A stretch of 64,000 bases of DNA from assembly GCA_963717145.1 (NCBI GenBank), contig OY970325.1:3840001-3904000 (forward strand). Reading direction: 5' to 3'. The translations under genes and the position numbers were made by a program. The DNA is from an uncultured Armatimonadetes bacterium. GTDB lineage: Bacteria > Armatimonadota > UBA5829 > DTJY01. Positions 40,116 through 49,258 of this stretch are shown piece by piece (position 1 is the first letter of the stretch; the number at the start of each line of letters is the position of its first letter). The notes under the pieces are model-generated. The model was given only the letters and a program-made list of their open reading frames with translations, was not told the DNA's origin and did no database searches.

Positions 40116-40195
40116 CCTTCTCTGACCGTAGGGGAGGCCTTCAACGGCCTCCCGCTCAGGAGGCCGTTGAAGGCCTCCCCTACGGTCAGAGAAGG
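40116..40195. repeat. GTAG-type REP doublet between rpmH and rnpA
   Basis: CCTTCTCTGACCGTAGGGGAGGCCTTCAACGGCCTCC and its reverse complement. Confidence 0.85.
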
Positions 40196-40215
40196 AGAAG
40201 GGTGCGGAGGAGCAC

Positions 40216-40572
40216 ATGCTGCCCAGGGAACAGAGGCTCACCGCCCGGAGGGATTTCAAGAGAGTCTACGCCGGCGGTCGGGCATTTACCAACAGGCTTC
40301 TGGTCCTCAGGGTGCTCGGAAAGAACGGAGGGCAGGTTGCCAGATTCGGTTTCTCGACAAGCTCGAAACTGGGGAATGCAGTACTGAGAAACCGAATGAC
40401 GAGGCTCCTCAGGGAGTCGATCAGGTCGCTCGCGGGAAAGATATGCTATGCAGGTTTCGATGCGGTTGTCATCGTGCGGCCGCCGGCCCGCGGAGCGGCT
40501 CTTGTGCAGATAACAGAGGCTGTGGAGGACCTTCTCCGGAAGGCGAAGCTCCTCGAGGGCGACCCTCCATAG
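40216..40572 (+). CDS. rnpA: RNase P protein component
   Basis: RLTARRDFKRVY and KLGNAVLRNRMTRLLRE motifs. Confidence 0.95.
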   Translation: MLPREQRLTARRDFKRVYAGGRAFTNRLLVLRVLGKNGGQVARFGFSTSSKLGNAVLRNRMTRLLRESIRSLAGKICYAGFDAVVIVRPPARGAALVQITEAVEDLLRKAKLLEGDPP

Positions 40573-40611
40573 TTGGGGCGGGAGTTTAACTCCCGCCCCA
40601 ACTATGGAGGG
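40563..40611. repeat. GGAGTT-type palindrome overlapping the rnpA stop
   Basis: CCCTCCATAGTTGGGGCGGGAGTTTAACTCCCGCCCCAACTATGGAGGG. Confidence 0.75.
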
Positions 40612-40879
40612 CAAGGGCCATGCGGCGCACAAGCGAAACAGGATCAAGCCAGGGAGTAGATTGCGGCACGTTCTAGTGTTCTTCATACGTGTTTATCAGA
40701 AGGCGACCGGGTTCAAGCCAAGAACCTGCCGATACGAGCCGAGTTGCTCGGAATACGCAGCTCAGGCCATACTAAAGCATGGCCCCGTCAAGGGCATCGG
40801 CATGGCGGCCTGGCGCATCCTACGCTGCAATCCCTGGAGCCCCGGGGGAGACGACCCCGTGCCTGATCCTCTCCGCTGA
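40604..40879 (+). CDS. yidD: Membrane protein insertion efficiency factor YidD (start could be the TTG at 40661)
   Basis: CRYEPSCSEY and RILRCNPWSPGGDDPVP motifs. Confidence 0.92.
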   Translation: MEGKGHAAHKRNRIKPGSRLRHVLVFFIRVYQKATGFKPRTCRYEPSCSEYAAQAILKHGPVKGIGMAAWRILRCNPWSPGGDDPVPDPLR

Positions 40880-40931
40880 CCGCCGCCCAATCTAGCTCCA
40901 AGCAATAGTTCTGTATTAACTTGAGGGAATA

Positions 40932-42122
40932 ATGAATCGTTCTACCACAATATGGCTCATCACGATGATAGCGATGATGCTGGCCTTCTACTACATCCTG
41001 CCGAGGACGCAGCCCAAGGCCCCTCCGAAGCCGGCCGGCGTCATGCTTCAGCAGGCCGAGAGCCAGGCCGGCAAGGCGGGCACTGACGAAAAGAAGCTCA
41101 AGGCGGCGGTCGGCGCGTATGACAAGGTCATCGGCGCGCACAAGGGAACCGAGCAGGCCGCGGAGGCTAAGCTCCGAACCGCCATCATCTACGAAACGAA
41201 GCTCAACAACCACAACAAAGCCGTCCAGACCTATCAATCGGTGATCAAGGAGTTCAAGAATAAGCATTACGCCGCCGCCACGATCGCCACGACGCGGCTG
41301 GATAAGCTCCGCCTCGCCACGGACATCAAGAATCGCCCGCATCCGCTCTACAGGTTCATGGACTTCTTCGTTGCGCTGACGGGGCGCAATCAGGCATTCA
41401 GCTATTTCTTCGCCCTCGTGCTGGTGACCCTCATCTTCAAGCTCATGGTGACCCCGCTCACCCACGCGCAGTTCAAGAGCATGCGGGAGATGCAGAAGAT
41501 CCAGCCGTTCGTCAAGGAACTCCAGGAGAAGTACAAGGGCGATCAGAAGAAGATCGGCGAGGAGACGATGGCCCTGTACAAGGAGCACGGCGTCAACCCG
41601 TTCAGCAGTTGCCTGCCGTTGCTGGTGCAGATGCCCGTGCTCTACATGCTCTACTGGATGGTCCGGCTCTATGAATACCAGTTCGTGCAGGCGCACTTCC
41701 TCTGGATCGGCAGCGGACTTGCTCACAAGTACCCGGGTATCGTCGGAGGAAATCTCGCCGAGCCCGACATCCCACTGCTGGTGTTATACACGATCAGCAT
41801 GATAGTCTCGCAGCGAATGACCGTAATGGACCCTTCGCAGGCCCAGCAGCAGAAGATGATGGCGTACACGATGCCGGTGCTCTTTGCATTCATCTTCTAT
41901 AGCTTCCCGGCGGCATTCATGCTCTACTGGCTGGTTTTCAACATCATCAGCACTACTCAGCAGTTCCTCATCATGAAGAAGCCGCTCCCGGAGAAGAGTG
42001 CGGTGGCCGTGAAGAACGGCGATGAAGCGACTGAGCAGCCCGTGAAGCTGGTGGAGGAACTGCAGAAGGCGTCCGCAGGTCGGCCGTCGCAGAGCGCCCG
42101 CCGTCGCAGAAAGAAATACTGA
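40932..42122 (+). CDS. yidC: Membrane protein insertase YidC with a TPR-like N-terminal region
   Basis: LYKEHGVNPFSSCLPLLVQMPV and FPAAFMLYW motifs; synteny with yidD. Confidence 0.93.
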   Translation: MNRSTTIWLITMIAMMLAFYYILPRTQPKAPPKPAGVMLQQAESQAGKAGTDEKKLKAAVGAYDKVIGAHKGTEQAAEAKLRTAIIYETKLNNHNKAVQTYQSVIKEFKNKHYAAATIATTRLDKLRLATDIKNRPHPLYRFMDFFVALTGRNQAFSYFFALVLVTLIFKLMVTPLTHAQFKSMREMQKIQPFVKELQEKYKGDQKKIGEETMALYKEHGVNPFSSCLPLLVQMPVLYMLYWMVRLYEYQFVQAHFLWIGSGLAHKYPGIVGGNLAEPDIPLLVLYTISMIVSQRMTVMDPSQAQQQKMMAYTMPVLFAFIFYSFPAAFMLYWLVFNIISTTQQFLIMKKPLPEKSAVAVKNGDEATEQPVKLVEELQKASAGRPSQSARRRRKKY

Positions 42123-42217
42123 GTTGGTTCACGAGGCCGCGCGCGACGGTCTCTGACATAGATCGGTCCCGGCGATCGGGACTCGGTCGGGGTGAATATC
42201 AGGGGGAATGGGGAAAA

Positions 42218-43366
42218 ATGACCAGTATAGAACAGACCGGCAAGACGATCGATGAGGCAACTCAGAAGGCCCTAAAGCAGCTCGGAGTCATCGAAGACGA
42301 CGTGGATGTCGAGATCCTCGAGGAAGGCGCGAGGGGGTTCCTCGGACTCGGACAGTCTCCGGCAAAGGTGAGAGTGTCTTTGAAGCAGAGACCCAGGTTC
42401 GAAGCGGCTCCTGAGCCTCCGCAGCGCGAAAGGCGTCCCAGGCAGAGGCAGGCTCCGAGAGAGGACCGCCCGTCTCGTGAGCAGCAGCCTCCAAGGGAAG
42501 AGCGCCCCGCTCGGGAGCAGGCTCCGAGGCAAGAGCGTCCGCCCAGGCAGCGCCCTCCGCGGGAGGAGCGTCCCGCGCGCGAACCGCAGCCCCCCCGAGA
42601 GCAGCAGGCTCCCAGGGAAGAGCGTCCGCCGAGGCAGCGCCCTCCGCGGCAAGAGAGACCCGCCCGAGAGCCTCAGGCCCCCAGGGAGGAGCAGCCCGTC
42701 CGAGAGCAGCAGGCTCCCAGGGAAGAGCGTCCGCCCAGGCAGCGCCCTCCGAGGCAGAGGCCCGCGCCGAAGGACCGCCCGGAGCCTCAGCCGGCCGCTC
42801 CCGCACCCGAACCGATAAGTGCGGCGCCGGTCGCGCCGGTTGCGGCCGTTCCGACGGCTCTTCCGCCGCCGCCCCTCGCACCGGTTGCAGCGATTCCGAT
42901 GGAAGAGATCTTGAAGCAAGCCGCCGAGATCAGCCGCGAAGCTCTGCAGCACATCGCCGACGGGATCGAAGACGGTGCCAAGGCAAGTGTCAAAAGCATG
43001 GAGGACAACCAGGTCGTGCTCGAGATCCTATCCGGCGAACCGGCGACCATAATCGGCAAGCATGGACAGACGATCGACGCGATCCAGTACCTCGTGGGAG
43101 TCATGACCAACAAGCGGCTTCCGGAGAAGGTCCGGGTGGTAGTCGACGTTGAGGGATATCGCAGTAAGCGCGAGGAGGCCCTGACAAACCAGGCGCACTT
43201 CCTTGCCTCGAAAGTCAAAGAGACCGGGGAAGAGGCGGTGCTCGAACCGCTTCATGCGAACGAGCGCCGGATCATACACAGCGCGCTCGCCGACGATCCC
43301 GATGTCTACACTTACAGCGAAGGTGAAGAGCCCGACCGCCATATAGTCATCTCACCGAAGAAATGA
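42218..43366 (+). CDS. jag: Jag/KhpB (EloR) RNA-binding protein with a long repetitive linker
   Basis: Jag_N (GKTIDEA...GFLGLG), KH (IIGKHGQTIDAIQYL) and R3H (ERRIIH) motifs. Confidence 0.92.
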   Translation: MTSIEQTGKTIDEATQKALKQLGVIEDDVDVEILEEGARGFLGLGQSPAKVRVSLKQRPRFEAAPEPPQRERRPRQRQAPREDRPSREQQPPREERPAREQAPRQERPPRQRPPREERPAREPQPPREQQAPREERPPRQRPPRQERPAREPQAPREEQPVREQQAPREERPPRQRPPRQRPAPKDRPEPQPAAPAPEPISAAPVAPVAAVPTALPPPPLAPVAAIPMEEILKQAAEISREALQHIADGIEDGAKASVKSMEDNQVVLEILSGEPATIIGKHGQTIDAIQYLVGVMTNKRLPEKVRVVVDVEGYRSKREEALTNQAHFLASKVKETGEEAVLEPLHANERRIIHSALADDPDVYTYSEGEEPDRHIVISPKK

Positions 43367-43371
43367 TCGAA

Positions 43372-43450
43372 TGGGAGCATGGGAGTATGGGGGTATGGGA
43401 GAAGTACTCCCACACTCCCATACTCCCACACCCCCATACTCCATTCCCCC
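43372..43450. repeat. Inverted GGGAGTAT/ATACTCCC octamer array abutting the mnmE start
   Basis: ATGGGAGCATGGGAGTATGGGGGTATGGGAG...CTCCCACACTCCCATACTCCCACACCCCCATACTCC. Confidence 0.8.
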
Positions 43451-45079
43451 ATGTTCATCGAGGAGACGATCTCAGCCATAGCCACACCGATCGGTGAGGG
43501 CGGAATCTCTGTCATTCGGATCAGCGGGCCGAATGCGATGCAGGTGGCTGCGCGAGTCTTCCAGACGGCTTCCGGGATGCCGCTCGATGCCTATCCCACC
43601 AATTCGGCTCACTATGGCGCCGTCGTCGGCCCCGAATACCGCGAGCGGATCGACGACGGCATCCTCACCATCTTCCGGGCCCCACACAGCTACACCGGCG
43701 AGGACTCCGTCGAGATAAGTTGTCACGGCGGCATGGTCCCCTCGCGCAACGTCCTCGAGGCGACTCTCCGCGCCGGCGCGCGTCTCGCCGAACCCGGCGA
43801 GTTTACCAAGCGCGCATTCCTCAACGGCCGGCTCGACCTCGTCCAGGCCGAGGCCGTTCTCGACATCATTCGCGCCCGGACCGACGAGTCGCTTCGGGTC
43901 GCCAGGCGTCAGATGGAGGGCGCTCTCTCCGCCCAGATCCGCGCGCTGAGGGAGGAACTGCTCGGCGTGATGGCCGGCATCGAGGCGGCGATCGACTTCC
44001 CGGAAGAGGTGGCCGAGGTGCCCTTCGAGTCGGTCGCCGCATCGCTCCACGACGCGATCAGCCACGTCTCCGGCCTGCTCGACACCGTCTCGTGCGGCAA
44101 GATCTATCGCGAGGGCATCCAGACAGTCATCGCCGGGCGGACGAATGTCGGGAAGTCGAGCCTCCTGAACGCGCTCGTCCGGGAGAGCCGCGCGATCGTG
44201 ACCCCGATCCCCGGCACGACTCGCGACCTGATCGAGGAGACGATCAACATCCGAGGCATTCCCGTGCGGACGATCGATACCGCCGGCATCAGGGCGACCT
44301 CCAGCGTCGTCGAGCAAGCCGGCATCGACCGCACGCGACGCACGATCGAGCAGGCCGACCTGATCCTCGCGATGCTCGACGCCTCGAAAGGGCTCTCCAA
44401 GGCCGAGAAGGACCTCCTTCTGAGCCTGTCACCCGGCTCGCCACCGGAAATGGAATCACACAGGCACAGACAACAAGGAGAAGATCACGGCCAATCCGGC
44501 ATTCCTCCGTGCCCTCCGTGCCTCCGTGGTTCAAACTCCGAGAGTGTCCCTGTTCCCCCCTCTCCCACTCCCGCCCTCCCCCCCTCGCCTTTGCCCCCTC
44601 TCCCCCTCTCCCCATCCTCCGCTCAGTGGCCGCCGCGCATCCGAGGTTCCGCATCCCGGCTGATCGTCGTGGTCAACAAGATCGACCTCCTGCGCCAGGA
44701 CGATGCCGAGGCGCTGCTCGAGAAGATCCGCGGATGGATCGGGAAGAACATCGCCGGCAACCCGCCCGTGATCGGGACCGCCGCGCCGTCGAACGAAGGG
44801 ATCAAGGAGCTTGAGGACCTCATCGTCGAGACTGTCATGTCCGGGGGAGTCGCCTGCGCCGAGGGAGCGGTCGTCTCGAACGTCCGGCACAGCCGCGCGC
44901 TCGAGGAAGCCCGGCTCTCGCTCCAGCACTGCCTCCGAACCGTCGCCTCGAACCTCCCGCTCGACTTCATCAGCATCGACCTCCGTGCCGCCGTCGACAC
45001 CCTCGGCCGCATCACCGGCGAGACCGCCACCGAAGACGTCATCGACCGCATCTTCTCCGACTTCTGCATCGGGAAGTAG
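43451..45079 (+). CDS. mnmE: tRNA modification GTPase MnmE with a ~75-aa insertion
   Basis: SYTGEDSVEISCHGG, GRTNVGKSS, GTTRD, DTAG, NKID and terminal FCIGK motifs. Confidence 0.95.
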   Translation: MFIEETISAIATPIGEGGISVIRISGPNAMQVAARVFQTASGMPLDAYPTNSAHYGAVVGPEYRERIDDGILTIFRAPHSYTGEDSVEISCHGGMVPSRNVLEATLRAGARLAEPGEFTKRAFLNGRLDLVQAEAVLDIIRARTDESLRVARRQMEGALSAQIRALREELLGVMAGIEAAIDFPEEVAEVPFESVAASLHDAISHVSGLLDTVSCGKIYREGIQTVIAGRTNVGKSSLLNALVRESRAIVTPIPGTTRDLIEETINIRGIPVRTIDTAGIRATSSVVEQAGIDRTRRTIEQADLILAMLDASKGLSKAEKDLLLSLSPGSPPEMESHRHRQQGEDHGQSGIPPCPPCLRGSNSESVPVPPSPTPALPPSPLPPLPLSPSSAQWPPRIRGSASRLIVVVNKIDLLRQDDAEALLEKIRGWIGKNIAGNPPVIGTAAPSNEGIKELEDLIVETVMSGGVACAEGAVVSNVRHSRALEEARLSLQHCLRTVASNLPLDFISIDLRAAVDTLGRITGETATEDVIDRIFSDFCIGK

Positions 45080-45273
45080 GTGGCCTGTGCGCCCCTGGAG
45101 TTGCACTCCCATTCCGTCCAGCAATGGAAAGTTGGGCAACCCGGGGAGATGAGAGTTGGGCTTAGGCATGGAGCGCATGTATGGGAGGACAATGGTGCTA
45201 GCCTGGTGAATGAACCACTGTCCATACGATCCACAATTGGTTATCAAGGATCATTCGCGTAAGGGGATGATGC

Positions 45274-46445
45274 ATGCGTATCTCCAGGAGAACTAGTGGT
45301 GGTAGGGGTGAGTACGAGATCAGTGGCGAGTTGCCAGGCGGCGAACAGCCCAGGGATTTGCTCGGTCGAATCATCTGTCTCGATCTTGGACTGGGGCAGA
45401 TCATCAACACGGGGGTGACTCTCAAAGAGCAAGGCGGCAAGATGCGCCTGAGAAAAGAGGACGCGCTCATGCAGGTACCCCGACAAGTCGCGGCGGTACT
45501 TCTCTTGCCAGACCCTGTTCGCGCTGACGAAGCGCTGGGAGCCGGTGCGCCGGTCATTCAGCGCAACAGGTATGCCATTGAGCATCTAATGGTGAATCGA
45601 GCCCTGTCCATCCCTCCTAACTTGGCCGTATTGCGCATACCATCTATCACTGTCGTAAACCGCTCTTATCAGGGAGAAGAGGTATCGGTCGTGGAGCGAG
45701 CGGCCCAGTTGCGGAACGTATGGCAGGAGAGTGACAAGTTCCCAGTCGAGATAGCGGATCTGTTGTCTGATCATCACCAACAGGTGGAAAGATCACAGAT
45801 GATCGGGCCTCCCGCTGAGTCGCTGGTCAGCGCCCTCCAGAGAAGTGTCAGCGAACGCAGCTCCGACCTTGGCATACTCTATAGCGAGGCCGGCGATGTG
45901 CTGCCCGCCCTTACCGAAGCACTTCACTTGGAGATCCCCCACCGTTGCTGGGATTCGAGGACATAGATATCGAAGACTTGGCTCTCAGACGCAGGACAGT
46001 GAAAGAGTGGAGAAGATGGGTGAATGCTCGAGGGCCCGCAAGCGCGCGATTTCGGCAGAGAGTGCGAAACGCCTATAGTGCGACGTGTTTGGTGTGCGGC
46101 GAACGCTTCCCGCCGACTCCGGTCAACCCAAGTCCTGGCGTTGACGCAGCTCACATCCTGCCTTGGAGGGAGTATGAACTCGACGATGTATGTAACGGAC
46201 TCTGCCTATGCAAGCTGCATCACTGGGCGTTCGATGAAGGCCTGATTCGTATCGACCATGCGGCTGGGCAGTACGAGACTATTGTGCTAGACGAGACCCG
46301 CGATATCGTGCTTCGCCACGACCCCAGTTTCAGCATGGATGTCTTGATACAGGCAACCGGTCCTATACCGCAGGACAGGTTGCCTGTAGACAGACGGCAG
46401 TGGCCTCGCCCAGACTTCCTTCAGGCCCTTGGGCAGTACCTCTAG
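45274..46445 (+). CDS. HNH endonuclease (putative restriction enzyme), one frameshift near 45940
   Basis: C-terminal FRQRVRNAY, CLVCG, AAHILPW and NGLCLCKLHHWAFDEG motifs; N-terminal domain not recognised. Confidence 0.75.
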
Positions 46446-47403
46446 CCTCTGGACCGTGCTGTATCTCGCCATTCATATACTTGGCTATTCGCGATCCGAG
46501 CCACTCCGCTACCGATACTGTCACCGCGTTCCCGATCGCGTGGTAACGGAGAGTGTCGAGTTGTGCGGCGTCCATGATGGGGGCCTCTGGTATGGTCCAG
46601 CCTACGGGAAAGCCCTGTATCCCCTCGCACTCCCTTGGCGTGAGGCGACGTACTCTACCATCGGGATATGTTACATATGTGCGGCTCCAGTCCGTCCCGG
46701 TGTGACGGGCTGAGCATGCATATAGGCAGTAAGCTACCCGTTGAACTATGGGCCCTTTGACAGAATCTCCAAGGCTTTCCTTAAAGGGGGAAACAGAGAT
46801 CTCCCCATCTCGTCCGTTCTTCTCAGCATGCCTCTTGCTGCATTCGGGCTCAAAAAGTATGTCTCCGGGACCTCTCCAGTCTCGATGACATCCAACAATG
46901 TAGACTCTCTTACGTGACTGGGGCACTCCGAAGTCCTTGCTGTTAAGCACACGCCACCCCACGCCATACCCGAGGTTGGCCAGTGTGCGAACGACGACTC
47001 CGAAATCCCGTCCTCCGTGGCTAGAGAGCAGACCTGGAACATTCTCGATGACGAAAACTCTGGGACGGCCCTCTCCAAGAAGTCTAGCAAAGTCATGAAA
47101 GAGTCCAGATCTGGCCCCTCCAAGCCCTGCTCGTGGGCCCATTCGTGCAAGTGAGACGTCTTGGCAGGGGAATCCTCCAACCCACACATCTGAAACAGGG
47201 ATAGCTGCATTGGTGACCTCCTTGATATTGCGCGCGAAAGGCACATCAGGCCAATGACGCCTAAGGACTTGTTGGCAGAAGGTATCGATCTCGCACTGCA
47301 AGCTGACCGTGAAGCCAGCCCTCTCAAACCCCAGGTCCAGTCCCCCTATGCCCGAGAAGAAAGATGCCACCCGCCATCTGTTAGTGGGAGGATTCATACT
47401 CAC
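46363..47403 (-). CDS. dcm: C5 DNA cytosine methyltransferase (alpha frame)
   Basis: FSGIGG, GFPCQD, ENVPG, PQSRKRV and GNAVTV motifs. Confidence 0.93.
   Translation of the reverse strand: MSMNPPTNRWRVASFFSGIGGLDLGFERAGFTVSLQCEIDTFCQQVLRRHWPDVPFARNIKEVTNAAIPVSDVWVGGFPCQDVSLARMGPRAGLGGARSGLFHDFARLLGEGRPRVFVIENVPGLLSSHGGRDFGVVVRTLANLGYGVGWRVLNSKDFGVPQSRKRVYIVGCHRDWRGPGDILFEPECSKRHAEKNGRDGEISVSPFKESLGDSVKGPIVQRVAYCLYACSARHTGTDWSRTYVTYPDGRVRRLTPRECEGIQGFPVGWTIPEAPIMDAAQLDTLRYHAIGNAVTVSVAEWLGSRIAKYMNGEIQHGPEARGTAQGPEGSLGEATAVCLQATCPAV
46746..47210 (-). CDS. Nested out-of-frame polypeptide, M.EcoHK31I beta-like
   Basis: AAGGAGGT (47216..47223) lies 5 nt before the ATG; 154-aa open frame containing WPTSGM and LLDVIETGEVPETYFLSPNAARGMLRR. 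Confidence 0.7.
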   Translation of the reverse strand: MQLSLFQMCGLEDSPAKTSHLHEWAHEQGLEGPDLDSFMTLLDFLERAVPEFSSSRMFQVCSLATEDGISESSFAHWPTSGMAWGGVCLTARTSECPSHVRESTLLDVIETGEVPETYFLSPNAARGMLRRTDEMGRSLFPPLRKALEILSKGP

Positions 47404-47809
47404 CCCTTATTTGAGTCTCCAAGCGGTGCAGCAACGCATTAGCATCAGATATCTCGCACTCCCATACCACAACAGGTTTCCAGTTGATCGCCTGTAAGGC
47501 GGCTAGGTTTGCCACATCCCTTGATCTGACCCTGTCGAGCTTTCGGTTCCAGTAGTCCGTATTGCTCTTGGGACGCCGTCCGTCTCTACACTCATCATGT
47601 CCATGCCAGAAACACCCATGGACAAACACAGCCGCCTTGTAGCGCGGCAACACGATATCGGGTTTGCCCGGTAATGACTTTCCATGCAGACGGAATCTGA
47701 ACCCAGCGTTATGCAGGAGTCTGCGAACGGCCATCTCTGGCTGGGTATTGACCGATCTTATCCTCCCCATTATCCTGCTGCGTTGTTCGGGAGTGAAGGT
47801 ATCTGTCAT
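47381..47809 (-). CDS. vsr: Very short patch repair endonuclease Vsr
   Basis: RSRIMGRIRSVNTQPE, LPGKPDIV, FVHGCFWHGH and VWECE motifs. Confidence 0.93.
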   Translation of the reverse strand: MTDTFTPEQRSRIMGRIRSVNTQPEMAVRRLLHNAGFRFRLHGKSLPGKPDIVLPRYKAAVFVHGCFWHGHDECRDGRRPKSNTDYWNRKLDRVRSRDVANLAALQAINWKPVVVWECEISDANALLHRLETQIRGEYESSH

Positions 47810-48090
47810 TCTTCTGCTGTTCTTTCTGGTGGCTACCACGGACTGACCGGAGACAAGGTGTACGGGGTCCCGCATTATTGCGACACGATCCGCAGGCGTA
47901 CGCCAGATCCCCGCGGCCACCCACTGGAAGTATAGCTCAGTGTCCGCAGGTTTGCAAGACATCTTCTCCCGGAAAAATGGGGACAGGCACAATACTTACA
48001 GTATCGCCAACATTCCGACTCGATATCGTCACGGGTAGCCTCCCTATGGAACTCCGGCAGGAGGCGATTTCTTAGGCGGCTGCAAATGGG

Positions 48091-48137
48091 CAACTTCTGT
48101 GGAGGTGGGTCATCCCGGCCCGCCTCCACAGAAGTTG
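48091..48137. terminator. Strong hairpin downstream of the hemL operon
   Basis: CAACTTCTGTGGAGGTGGG...CCCGCCTCCACAGAAGTTG. Confidence 0.5.
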
Positions 48138-48151
48138 TGCAGGGCTGTACC

Positions 48152-49258
48152 CTACCTGTGATCCATCTCACACACCCGGCGGCGGTAGTGGAGGTAGTTC
48201 TCGAAGCTGACCTCGATCGGGACGCCATGATCGCAGGTCGGGTAGTATCCTCCGCGCTCGACCATCGCCGGCATGATGTGCGCCAGCATCGAGTCGATCG
48301 CGTCCTTCCCCGCCGCGAGCACCCGCTTGTCGATCCCGCCGGACATCATCAGGTCCGGGTACTGCCTGCCGATCTCGACCACGTCGCACCCGCTCGCGAC
48401 CTCGAACGGCGACATCCGCGTCATCCCTAGCTCCAGATAGAGCGGGATCGCGGGCCGGCAGTCACCGTCGGTATCGATGTGCAGCCAGATCGAGCGCCCC
48501 TGCCTCGACCGCGCGTTGCCGATTAGCTGCTGGTAGTAAGGCATGAGGAACTCGCGGAACGTGTCTGGCGAGATGAGCAGCCCGTGGTTGTAGCAGATGT
48601 CCTCCGCCATGAAGATCTCATCGATCTCCGCCACCGCCTGAACCCTCGCCAGCCCGGCGTCCATGATGTCGAGCCATCCCTGCATCGCCGCGTGGATGAC
48701 CTCCGGCATGTCATAGAAGGCAAAGAGAAGGTCCTCCGGGCCGATGATCGAGCGCAGATACATGTACCCGCCGATCAGATACTGGCTCATGATGCCGTTC
48801 ACCGAGTCCGTCGTCCGCCGCGCATCCGTGACCCGGTCCGCGAGGCCCTCCCATCGCGACTCGACCGTCGGATCGAGCCTCGGAGCGACGGCCTCCCAGT
48901 CGGCCATGTTGCTGACGGCATGCTTCAGGTAGTCGGGCATGAACCCGTGCCGCCTGCCCTTGAAGACCTTCAGGTGCCGGCCGGCGACGTCCTGGATGAT
49001 CTCGTGGTCGCCGATGACCTCGATCACCTTGGCCTCGAACGGCGGGAGGAACGGCGGCTCGCACCATCCGAGGCCGAGGCCGGAGCCGAAGATCGCCTGG
49101 GGGTCGTACATGAAGAGGTTCGTCTCCTGCCAGTCCTCCGGCAGTCCCTCGCCCTTCCATCGCTCGATCGCTTCCGGCCAGATCGAGAACTCCGCGCGGT
49201 GGAGATGGTCCACCGGCCGGAATTCATACGTCGCCCGCATCCGCTCGCCTGGGGTCAT
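48152..49258 (-). CDS. Uroporphyrinogen decarboxylase-like (URO-D/MtaA superfamily) protein
   Basis: [29 protein letters not shown] and [12 protein letters not shown] motifs. Confidence 0.8.
   Translation of the reverse strand: MTPGERMRATYEFRPVDHLHRAEFSIWPEAIERWKGEGLPEDWQETNLFMYDPQAIFGSGLGLGWCEPPFLPPFEAKVIEVIGDHEIIQDVAGRHLKVFKGRRHGFMPDYLKHAVSNMADWEAVAPRLDPTVESRWEGLADRVTDARRTTDSVNGIMSQYLIGGYMYLRSIIGPEDLLFAFYDMPEVIHAAMQGWLDIMDAGLARVQAVAEIDEIFMAEDICYNHGLLISPDTFREFLMPYYQQLIGNARSRQGRSIWLHIDTDGDCRPAIPLYLELGMTRMSPFEVASGCDVVEIGRQYPDLMMSGGIDKRVLAAGKDAIDSMLAHIMPAMVERGGYYPTCDHGVPIEVSFENYLHYRRRVCEMDHR

Noticed and set aside
1302-46445. Frameshifts in ymdB, rny, the beta-helix gene, rtcB (two), recF and the HNH gene as pseudogenes or programmed frameshifting
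   Set aside because: They are isolated single-base indels (mostly +1) with no shared slippery motif and no other decay, which fits long-read consensus errors. Read-level polishing would decide.
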